From Octopus bimaculoides (lineage: Eukaryota): DNA of 64,000 nt. This document shows positions 52,463 to 64,000 of this stretch, one piece after another; the first letter of the stretch is position 1, and each line of letters begins with the position of its first letter. The notes beneath the pieces were generated by a model that worked only from the letters and a program-made list of their open reading frames with translations, was not told where the DNA came from and did not search any database. Made by a program: the position numbers and the translations under genes. Location: positions 21,772,865 through 21,836,864 of the forward strand of contig NC_068985.1 of NCBI RefSeq assembly GCF_001194135.2. Reading direction: 5' to 3'.

Positions 52463-52836
52463 GTATTGCATACAAAGGACTTCAAGGAAAAAACTTATAC
52501 CCAGTTGTATCCTCCACAGCTGCTCGAAGTGGTATGAAAGTGGTCAGATGTCAGTCATTTCCAACATCTCTTCAGTTCATGTGTTGCCAAATCTTACGCA
52601 CACATATCCCAAGCCACATGGATGTTTTAGAAGTTGTAGATTTGCCTCCTGGTTTGCGAACTTTCCTCCACGACAAAGTTGGTTGGTTACTGCAATCCTG
52701 TCGTTTATTTGTCAAAGATGTTGTAACTGCTGGTTCAAAACGACCATGTCAATCTCCTTATGGATATTATGAAGATGATGATCGGCGGAAAAGGCGCTGC
52801 TTATGGCCTGTTAACTCATTGCCAGAACCATCTTAA
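52463..52836 (+). CDS. SPSB3: SPSB3 terminal exon (LYPVVSSTAARSGMKV; SOCS box SLQFMCC...LPPGL; stop)
   Basis: ctatag acceptor; phase 1; spliced CDS is 1305 nt (434 aa). Confidence 0.95.
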
Positions 52837-54621
52837 TATTAATTTTGTGCAGTGGGTAAATGAAATTTGAAAATTTTCTTTAGAATCTTCTATTGGATTG
52901 ATACAAAAGAAATAGTTATTGCTGTGAGAGCTAATGGACTCATTTGGACCATCAATACCTACCACTGACTATGAAGTGGAACCGAACCTGTGATAAAAGT
53001 TATTTTGCATATGGATGTTTTAAAAGGAATAACCGATTCTCTAAGATAATTTGTGTGTGTACAAGTCTGTGTTTAAATACACATGCATTCAAGAATATAT
53101 TTATATCTCTTCTTTTAATTACCTGTTTGTGAATGTCAAGGAAATTATATATGTGTGTATGTGTACATTAAATGTTGTATGTGTTTGTTTTGAACTATAC
53201 ACACATGTATGTTATAGAGCAAGTATTTGTACATTTTTGTAGATAAGACACCCCTCATTGAAATGTCCATCGTCCATTACAATACCAAGAGGACATTCCA
53301 TGCATTTTTAATCTGTTTGAAAACCCATTTCACATATATAAAGGAAATTTTCAAACTTTCCTTTGAAAATATTTGGCACATTTGTGAAATAGTTTTTCTG
53401 TACACTTTAAACAGAAACCAGAATAAATATTTCCAACAAATTTTCTTTTTCCATTAGCACAGGGAAGGCTAGAAGATGTGGTATTATCATTTCATTCTTG
53501 AGTGAAGAATGGACAGTTTTTACTGCATTTTTACCTTTTTATTTCATTTTATCCAATAATAACAATTTTAATTCATAAGATATGCATTTTGCCTTCTAGA
53601 GTTAAAACACAAAATTAGCAATCAACATAACAAATGCTTGAAGTGGTTGGCTGACCAACTTGAGACCTCTAGTTAATTGATTTTTATTTATTTGTTTCTT
53701 CAATGAAATTGCATCAAAACTTTAAAAGATTGCTGTGCGGATATAATATTTTTAAAGATTTTTAGATTAAGACAATAGTTCTGATTTTTTGGTGATTTTT
53801 TTTTCCTGCTTGTTTGGTATCATTACATTCTTATCAATTAGGAAAACCTCATAGGAAATAGAGTTCTCTAAATTTTTAATAACAAGGAAAATCTGACAAC
53901 AAAGAAGTTATGGAAAACATTTGGAATTCCAATTGTAAATTATAAAAGGAAAAGCATTCGAGATGCTTTTTTTTTTTATAATTTAGTTAATTTTAACATG
54001 ATGATAAACATTCTTGAGCTCTTTTCCTTATGATTGCAATGTTTTATTCCCTTCACTCCTCTTTTGACTTCTGCCTTTATATCTGTTATGCCTGCTGCAT
54101 ATTATTACTTTTTGTATAATATCTGGCTTTCTTCAGACTAAAGGCTTTGAAGTTTGTTTTCTTTTGTGAGTGCGTGTATGTGTGTGTGTGTGTAGAAGTA
54201 TATGAAAGTAAACTGTATTATTCTGGTGTACATAATCTCAGCTGACATCACATTGACGGTATCTTTTGACATTAAATTACTTTGTAAAATTTTTTATATA
54301 ACAGTTTTTATTATGATTTCTATACTATCTTTTAATTTCAACTGTAAGGCAATTTTTAGAAAAGGTACATGTGATATTGGAAAAGTGTATACACAGCTAA
54401 TAAAAAGAAAATTTATAATGGACTAAGCTGTTTCCTAATATTTGGTGGGGTAGGAATATATTAATTGTTTATCCCTGTTTTTCTAATAATAAAATTCATG
54501 TTTCACCATTCTCACAATATTTTGTCATTCACTGTTCTACACAGGCGCGAAAGAAGAAAAATAATATAGTTATCTCCCTTAAGTATTTATAGTGAGACAA
54601 TCCAAATAAGTAATTCATTTT

Positions 54622-54677
<56 letters not shown>

Positions 54678-57600
54678 ATATATATATATATATGGATATT
54701 TATAACTTAGTGCTACAACTATGTTATATATTTGTTGGCTAACTTGACATTTTGTGAATAGTGAACAAAAAGTCTGCCTAGTTCTCTTAAAAAAATACAT
54801 CTATATAAATATATTATTAGATTTGCGGTGCTGTTCTGGAGAAATAGAAAGATATAAACAAATGTTCATGAGACTAATGGCTTTGTTGTCTGTAATTATG
54901 TCCCTTCCTATTCAGAATTCAAATAAATGTCTTCGTCTTTGATCTATAAGCATCATTCTTATACTTCGTTCAATTTAGCTGACTGTACTCTTTTCCCTAT
55001 AAATATTTAGCCTTATGTCAAATGAGGGAATATTTTGTAGTATAATAGTAAGGCTCTGAACAGTAAAGGATTAGCCTTTACTGTAGCAGTATTAAATTTT
55101 GTCTTCATGTTCTAGGTTCAGACCACACTGAGTCCAAATTTGCATTCCCCAAAGTCACTAGAATATGTACCAGTCAACCATATGGTCTTGTGCCAATGTG
55201 GATTAGCAAATCTGGAAAAGCAACATTTTTCTCCTTCCCATTTTATTTTTATCTTTCACTTTTAACAGAAGGCATCCAGAATACTAGAGACTATCTCAGA
55301 TATCAATACATTAAACAGTTTAGAGGTCTCAGTCTGTCTTCCTCTCCCTCTTCCCCTCACCCCTATAAGAATTGGACATGAAGCTATTGAAGTTTTGGGC
55401 ATGGACGAGCTGTTGAAGTTTTGAATATTTGGATGCAGCACTGTGTTCTGCTTCTGACCATACATTTTTTTTTTTACCATTTAGTGAGTTGGGCCTGTAT
55501 TACCACAATACCTATAAACATATATGGAGTGGGGCTCAGCCTGTTAAAACTCCTTAAACATTCCTTACAGGGGGGTAAATTGTGTAATTTCTACATCAGG
55601 ACATGTACAATTGAAAACCCTCACACCATAAAATTCTCACCTGTCATCCTTCATTTTTATAAAATATTGCTACTTTCATAAATAATTTTTTTTCTCTCAT
55701 ATCTTTAAAGCTGCTACAACCTTTAATTCCTCTTCAGCATCACTATAATTTCTGTATCATTTATTTCATATTACAATAGCACTGTAATAATACAAAAGTG
55801 ACCATCGTGTGTCTCTAACTCACTACTGAATGCTTAATTTTATTCTTATAGCTTGAATGGTACTTGAAAAATCTTTCATTTTAACATTTTTTTTTTATCC
55901 ACTACATAAAAAGAAAATATTTAACCGTTCTTTTAAACATACTAGCAGAAGGAATGTTTGTTTTAAATTTTATTTAACATTCTGTCATCATCGTTGTCAT
56001 CATTATTTAACATCTGCTTTTCCATGCTTGCATGGGTCAGCCTGCATTTGTTGAGGCAAATTGCTTATTGTTGGCTGTCACCAACTCTCACCTGTTTTCA
56101 AGCAAGGTAAATATTTCTCCATGGTTAGAAATGATTTTCGTGAAAGACTGGAAACGGACAACTTCACTTTGATGATGATGATGATGATGGTGATAGTGAT
56201 GGTGATGATGATGATGATTTTATAACCATCACATGCTATGTAGACAAGGGCATACACAACAACAGGCATGCACACACACATTATATATGATGGACTTCTT
56301 TCAGTTTCTGTCTTGTCTGCCAAATCCACTCACAAGGTTTGGTTGGCATGGTCCTATAGTAGAAGATACTTGTCCAAGGCGTCATGTAGTGGAACTGAAT
56401 CCAAAACTACATGGTTGGGAAGCAAGCTTCTTAACCACATAGCCACACCTGCAACAAATATCACTGTATTGACCAGGCTAACAGATATTGTCACAAACCC
56501 ATGCCAGCATGGAAAGTGGACGTTAAACGATGATGCTGATGATGATGATGACTGCTGGTTACCCTGCACTTCCTTGCAGTGTCTTAGCATCAGCATATTG
56601 GGTAAAATGCTTAGCGGTATTTCGTCCATCTTTAAGTTCTGAGTTCAGATTCCGCTGGGGTGAACTTTGCCTTTCATCTTTGCAGGGTCAATAAAGTATG
56701 CACCAGTTGAGCACTGGTACATATTGAGCACTTATCCCTCCTCCAAAATTACTTGCCTCATGTCAAAATGTGGAACCAATATTTTAGTGTTAGGTATATT
56801 CAGTAAAATGTAACAATAATATATAATAGAAACTGTCATCTATTAGAAAATTATCTTGCACCTTGATTAGTCAGGAGGGTTATTATGTCAATAATATACA
56901 CATGCTGGTTCTGTTTCACTTTTATTTTATTAGTCAGTTGAAGGTGGTGAGCTGGCAAACTCAAGTGAAAACAGTATGAAAAAAGATTATCAAGTTATAC
57001 CAAAGCCATGAACAGCCATAATTGCAATGACTGACTACAAGAACAAGTAACTGTATTTCACAAAATCAAAGATGGAACCCACATATAAGTTTATGTGTAC
57101 TGTGGGGGACAATGGTCCAATTCACCTAGCATAAACATAAGTATGGTGAGAAGCAGAACTCTGGGCTGCATCTAAACACTCCCATACTCAAAACTGCAAT
57201 AGTTTGGCATGTTTTTCAGAGAGAGAGAGAGAGAAAGATATTTCTGAGCTGCTTAATGTCATGATACTTTCAGATAATCTCCAGTATTCTAAAAGCCTTC
57301 AAGTAAAAGTAGTAAATAAAATACAAAATCCTGCTTCTCCGGGATAATAAAAACTATTGGTAACCCATATTGTTGATTGGTATGCACTTTGAGATGTGCC
57401 ATAGAGGTAGATCAAAGAAGACTTGGAATGATGATTAAGATATGATTGTTGACATGCTTATAATTCAGACCCATTCAACTTATGACAGTGTAGAAAAATA
57501 GGTTAAAATGACAGCGAAGATGAGAAGGATGATGAATGTATAGAGGCCCTATTTGGTAATTATTAACTGAGAATGAAGATGTGAATCAACTTCAGAAGGA

Positions 57601-59444
57601 TGCTGCTGGTGTGTATTGTAAATTTGTGTGGGATGGGTTGAACTAAAGAGTTGCTCCTTTAAAGGCTTTTAAAATATGTATTTAATTATTCAGGCATGTT
57701 CTTCATGGCTATGCACTCTCTACCACTTCACTCCCTCTCTCAGCCAAGAGGTTCTTGTCTTAGCACCTGTGCAGGTGCCACATAAAAAGTACTCGTGTCG
57801 GTGCCATGTAAAATGCACCCATGCCAATACCACGTGAAAGCACCCATGCTGGTACCACATAAAAAGCACCTGTGTGGGTGTCATGAAGAAAGCATCTGTG
57901 TCAGTGCCACATAAAAACACCTACTCTGTAAAGTGGTTGGTGTTAGAAAGGGCAGCCAGTCATAGAAACCTTGCTGAAACAGACAAGTGGAGCCTGGTGC
58001 AGCTCTCTGGCTTGGCCAGCTCTGGTCAAATCATCCAACCCATACCAGAATGGAAAACATGTTAAATGATGATAATGAAGACGATGAGTTCCGAGACATT
58101 AGTGAATAGAAAAATAGCATTGAAAGTTTATTCCCAGTCAGTCAGTTAACTGAATATTATTATTCATTGACTGCAAACATTGCTTGGCACTCCGTCGGTT
58201 ATGACGATGAGGGTTCCAGTTGATCCGATCAACGGAACAGCCTGCTCGTGAAATTAACGTGCAAGTGGCTGAGCACTCCACAGACACGTGTACTCTTAAC
58301 GTAGCTCTCGGGGAGATTCAGCGTGACACCGAGTGTGACAAGGCTGACCCTTTGAAATACAGGTACAACAGAAACAGGAAGATAGAGTGAAAGAAAGTTG
58401 TGGTGAAAGAGTACAGCAGGGTTCACCACCATCCCCTGCCAGAGCCTTGTGGAACTTTTGGTGTTTTCGCTCAATAAACACTCACAACGCCCGGTCTGGG
58501 AATCGAAACCGCGATCCTACGACCACGAGTCCACTGCCCTAACCACTGGACCATTGCGCCTCCACGACTGCAAACATAATACTCTGGTAAACTTGTAATT
58601 GCTAGAAAAGGATTTGTAATTTGCTGACTGTAAATATTAACACTTGATAAAATATAAGAAATCAGTTTATAATTGTTAAAACATATCAACTAATAAAATA
58701 GAGACAAAATAATATACACATTAATAAAAAAAAAATTGCCACCCAAGTAAAAAAAAAAATAAGAATAATGAAATCTAAGAGCTGATGATAAAATCCAACA
58801 AAGTTGTGAAAATGAATTTTTTTTCTTTTTTAATTAGATTTCTCTTTTATCTTTTTATCAATGTTTTATCTTTTATCTTTTGCTTGTTTCAATCATGCTG
58901 GAGGGGGGCTCCCTTGAAGAGTTCACTCAAATACCCCCAACTCCACCTCCCTATTTATTTTTTAAAGTCTGGTTGGTCTCTAAGCTAAACCACTGTTACA
59001 GGGATGTCAACAAACCAACAGTAGTTGTCAAACAAGGGTGGGAGAAGGGCAAATACAAAGACACACATACACACACAGAGACACACACACACACACACAC
59101 ATGATGGGCTTCTACACAGTTTCTACCTACCAAATTCAATCACAAAACATTGGTTGCTCAAGGTGCTGTGCAGTGGGAATGAACCTGAAACCATGAGGTT
59201 GCAAACCACATAACCATACAGTTGTTGTTAATTGAATTATTTGGATAAGATTATTATTTTATTGTAACATATAATAAAACTAATGAATGAAAAATAAAGA
59301 AAAACATCTGAAATTTTGAGCAGAACTTGCTGATTAACTGTAATAATATTGTTATAATGATTTGAGGACAGCTGCATAAAGAAGTGCCAATCTCTAACTG
59401 TGGAGGGAACCTGTAGAAGAGGTAGACCCAGGAAGACGTGGGAT

Positions 59445-60170
59445 CATCATCATCACCGTTTAACGTCCGCTTTCCATGCTAGCATGGGTTGTACGATTTG
59501 ACTGAGGACTGGTGAACCAGATGGCTATGCCAGGCTCCAATCTGATTTGGCAGAGTTTCTACAGCTGGATGCCCTTCCTAATGCTAACCACTCCAAGAGT
59601 GTAGTGGGTGCTTTTATGTGCCACCGACACGAAGGCCAGTCAGGCGGTACTGGCAACGGCCATGCTCAAAATGGTGTATTTTATGTGCCACCTGCACAGG
59701 AGCCAGTCCGGTGGCACTGGCAACGACCTTACTCGAATGTCTTTTCATGTGTCACTGGCACAAGTGCCAGGAAGGCGATGCTGCTAAGAAATATGATCTT
59801 CAGATGCTGTGTTTCACAGAAGCAATACCAAGCAACTGAGACTTTTAGTGATTTGCTGTGCTTTAGAAGACCTATCAAGTTGGCTGAAATTGTAGTTGTG
59901 GCCAGTGCCAGGGACACGTGAAAGGCATCTGTGCCAGTGACACATGAGAGGTACCTGTGCCAGTGACACGTAAAAGGCACCCAATACGCTCTGTGGAGTG
60001 GTCGGCATTAGGAAGGGCATCCAGCTGTAGAAACCAAGTCAAAACAGACAAGCTTAGTGCAATTCTCTGGCTTATCAGCTCCAGTCAAACCATCTAACCC
60101 ATGCCAGCATGGAAAGCAGACACTAAATGATGATGAGGATGATATTACTGATGATGATGATGATGATGAT
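59445..60170. mobile_element. Two RTE-tail repeats head-to-head (minus 59445-59790, plus 59835-60170)
   Basis: (CAT)n tail at the left end and (GAT)n tail at the right end. Confidence 0.8.
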
Positions 60171-60968
60171 GATTTTTAACTTTAATCCTGGCCACATATT
60201 TTGGTAAAAAAATTAGTTGATGTTATCAACATTGGAAAGAGGAAAAGAACAACATTGTTCTTTAGAAATATTGGTCTTGAGTACTTAATCATTACTATCC
60301 AATTAACATCGGTTGAGTAAACAATTAAATATATGAATTTGCTGCTTTAGAATCAACAATATCCTACAATCGGTTGTCTGAGATGAAGAGCAAATGGTTA
60401 ACTCACTACATGTGATAGCCATTCTGTTCTTGGATAGTGTCTTCTGTATTAAATAACAGTGACTGTTATAATCAAATAACTGCAATAGTGAAATTCTGGT
60501 AATTTGATCAGTAGACTATTATAGGTATCAAATTGTTGATGTGATATTTAAATTATATATCAGTTGCTATCACTTTCTCAACAGTCACAATATATGTGCT
60601 AAAATGCTCACAAAGCTTTTCTACAATACTTTCACTTTATTTATTTAATCAATCTTCTTTTTTTAAGCTGATAACAGTCCTTCAGTATTGTTATGACCTA
60701 TTGCATGAATATACATACATACATACATAGATACATATAAATATATATATGTATGTATATACACTGGGTGAAGCATATACATTTATATACACTTACCATT
60801 ATTCAAATTTCAGCTGAGGAAAGATTAGGGGCAATGGTGAAAGTAAACCATGGCCATTTTAAATTGCAAATATATGTAATATATTGTCAATACATTTAAC
60901 ATATATATAACAAAATGAATAATGGGCAAATATACATATATATATATATGCTGAATAATGTGTAAATA

Positions 60969-61960
60969 TCATCATCGTTTAATGTTCGTTTTCCATGCTA
61001 GCATGGGTTGGACGGTTCGACTGGGGTCTGGGAAGCCAGGAGGCTGCACCAGTCTCCAGTTTGATCTGGCAGTGTTTCTACAGCTGGATGCCCTTCCTAA
61101 TGCCAACCACTCCGTGAGTGTAATGGGTGCTTTTTATGTGCTACCGGCACTGGGGCAAGGGGAGGCTGGCAACAGCCACGATCGGTTGGTACTTTTTACG
61201 TGCCACCGGCACAGAAGCCAGTAAAGGAGGCGCTGGCATCGGCCACGTTCCGATGGTGCTTTTTACATGCCACCAGTATGGGTATCACAACTACAATTTC
61301 CATNNNNNNNNNNNNNNNNNNNNNNNNNNNNNNNNNNNNNNNNNNNNNNNNNNNNNNNNNNNNNNNNNNNNNNNNNNNNNNNNNNNNNNNNNNNNNNNNN
61401 NNNNNNNNNNNNNNNNNNNNNNNNNNNNNNNNNNNNNNNNNNNNNNNNNNNNNNNNNNNNNNNNNNNNNNNNNNNNNNNNNNNNNNNNNNNNNNNNNNNN
61501 NNNNNNNNNNNNNNNNNNNNNNNNNNNNNNNNNNNNNNNNNNNNNNNNNNNNNNNNNNNNNNNNNNNNNNNNNNNNNNNNNNNNNNNNNNNNNNNNNNNN
61601 NATATATGCTGAGTGGCTGAGTTCCTTTTGAGCATTGGGCCTCACGGAGGCAATGACTGAAACCTTTGGCATTATGTCATGCTTGAGAAGAAGACCCATC
61701 AGGCCAAGCAAAATCGCAGTTGTGGCAGATACCAGTGTCACGCAAATGGCACCCATGCCAGTAGCATGTAGAAGTATCCATTACAGTCTTGGAGTGATTG
61801 GCGTTAGGAAGGGCATCCAGCCGTAGAAAACCATGCCAAATCAGACTGGAATCTGGTGCAGCCTTCCAGCTTCCCAACCCTGGTCAAACCATCCAACTCA
61901 TACAAGCATGAACAATGGATGCTAAATGATGATGATGATGACAATGATGACGATGATGAT
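60969..61960. mobile_element. Second head-to-head RTE-tail pair around a gap
   Basis: Minus copy 60969-61303, plus copy 61610-61960. Confidence 0.75.
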
Positions 61961-62505
61961 GCTATACCAAGTATATACATCAAGTATACATACACCCTAC
62001 TAATTGGAAAATGCATGGAAATCACATAGAGATATCTCTTAGGAATAAGGTTAATGTAGCTCTTCTCAAATCCTGAAAAAAAAAAAATGAAAAAAAAACA
62101 TTGTGAATCAGAAAAGAAATAATTGGTTGTTTCAAGCACATAAGCAAATTAGTGTTACATCAATTTATAATGTCTGTCCTTGGGGAGCATATAATTAATA
62201 GAGATTACTTAGCATTGAAGAGAATGCAGTACGTACATGATCTTACTTGCTGTGGATTAAATATTGGCTATTTCAATGAGAGGGAATTGTCAAATTTCAG
62301 CTTGCGGTTAAAGCAACAAATCATGTTCTGTCTCATTTATGAAATACTTCTGAATTCAGGTTTAAGAAGCTAGGTGCTCCTTCATTTTTGGGCATCTAAT
62401 TAGTTCAAACATTCCTAGAGAATAGCTTTGACTGAGTCCTAATTAATCTTATTAATGATAGACTTAATTCAGTCCTTGGTTTAACATATAACGAAGAAGA
62501 GTAAA

Positions 62506-63120
62506 TGTGGGAAATGTAAAATGATATATAACTTGAGATGAAATGAACTGATAAGCGATGATTTATTCTCCATTATAAAATACAATGATTGCTGTACATA
62601 AAATAAAATATCATAACAGGTTACAAGTATGTGTGAGAGACTTCGTGGTTAGGTTGGACTGTTGATCTTGTAGTTATAGTTGATGTACTGTTTGGTGGTG
62701 TGTAGAGGCAGCCAATGGTCTGTTGGTTGTGTAGTGTTCATACAGCAACGATGTAGGCGGGCATCTGGTAGAGATGAAAGTGGAGACTGGCTAGTGTCAG
62801 ATACATCGTTGCCAGAGACGAGTTGCATGTGGTCAGTGGTGTGTGCCAAAGACCTAGAGCAGTCGAGAACTACCGTCTTTATAGAGAATAATAGGTTCCC
62901 AGGAGCTGGTGATTAATTTCCCATGTAAGGAAAAATGAACTTGCACCAACACGATTGGACAGCTGGAAGCCATCCAATACAAAGGGTTTGTTTAATCATG
63001 AGGTCATGTGACCTGCAGGAACAAAAAGGCTTGTGGAGCTGATATTTGGGTATTTAAGCCTAGATAACCCATAACGAAAACATCTCAAACATAATGACAG
63101 TGTAAATCACTTCTGCTACA
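62506..63120 (-). mobile_element. Probable solo LTR, 615 bp
   Basis: TG...CA termini. On the minus strand: CCAAT, TATA (ctataaag), then AATAAA about 55 bp from the end. Flanks taaa/aaaa are an imperfect TSD. Confidence 0.5.
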
Positions 63121-63454
63121 AAAAAAACCACCTGGTCCTTGAGTGTTTCAATTGGAGTACATTCTGTTGCAAGTATTCAGGTCAGCACTCTGGTCTGAGA
63201 ATAACTTTCTCCCTTTCTCCCACTAGTCATGGGGGTCCTGAAATAAATCACTGGCACTGGCCTTCATTTTCTGACTAAATCATAAAAACAATGTTTGTTA
63301 GATCAAATATTCCCAGAGAGCAATGTCTGCCAAACTTTTTTACTTTACAATACACTGGGCAAGGAAAATTTATTTTGTGGCACACCAAATAAAAATCCCC
63401 CAAAAATTGAATATATTTTATTAGCATGAATAAAAATAAATAAATCCTTATTAT

Positions 63455-64000
63455 AGTAACTGTGCTGAAAGTGTAGCTGCTAGAATAAGAATAGCCTGGG
63501 CAAAGTTCAGAGAGCTCTTACCTATGTTGATGACAAAGGGCCTCTCACTCAGAGTAAAAGGCAGACTGTATGACGCATGTGTACGAACAGCCATGCTACA
63601 TGGCAGTGGAACATGGGCCGTGACTGCTGAGGACATGTGTAAGTTCGCAAGTCAGTATGCTCCGATGGATGTGTAATGTCAGTGTGCATACTCGACAGAA
63701 TGTAAGTACCTTGAGAGAAAAGTTGGACCTAAGAAGCATCAGTTGTGGTGTGCAAGAGAGACGATTGCGCTGGTATGGACATGTGGTGAGAATGGATGAG
63801 GATAGCTGCGTGAAAAAGTGCCACACCCTAGAAGTTGAGGGAACCTGTGGAAGAGGTAGGCCCAGGAAGAGGTAGGCCCAGGAAGACCTGGGATGAGGTG
63901 GTGAAGCATGACCTTTGAACATTAGGCCTCACCGAGGCAATGACTAGTGACTGAGACTTTTGGAAATATGCTGTGCGTGAGAAGACCCGGCAAGCCAAGT
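63455..64000 (+). mobile_element. RTE-clade LINE ORF C-terminus and start of 3' UTR, 5'-truncated
   Basis: LYDACVRTAMLHGSGTW, MLRWMC, RRLRWYGHVVRM, GRGRPRK; 16-bp duplication at about 63850-63885. Confidence 0.9.

Overview
AT-rich, repeat-dense animal genomic DNA with five N gaps. The repeat families ((GAT)n-tailed RTE 3' ends, tRNA-head SINEs, long TA/CA/TG microsatellites) look like an octopus/coleoid cephalopod genome; this is an inference, not a database match. Two multi-exon + strand genes are supported by phase-consistent splice chains. (1) A PLAT/LH2-domain gene, 5'-incomplete, with exons from 3681 to the stop at 25208. (2) SPSB3 (SPRY domain/SOCS box protein 3), 4 coding exons at 42252-52836, 434 aa. 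The interval between them (31-42 kb) has CpG-retaining promoter-like DNA and candidate exons of possible unannotated genes, unresolved. The rest is mobile DNA: CRE-like and R4/Dong-like restriction-endonuclease retroelement remnants, RTE LINE fragments, a full-length dead mariner, Tc1 fragments, hAT and piggyBac-like MITEs, a GG-terminal MITE with an 8-bp TSD and TTAGGG units, fold-back palindromes, LTR-like segments and several SINE families. I found no clear novel multi-gene system. The best leads are the hidden gene candidates, the Merlin-like MITE and the fold-back family.
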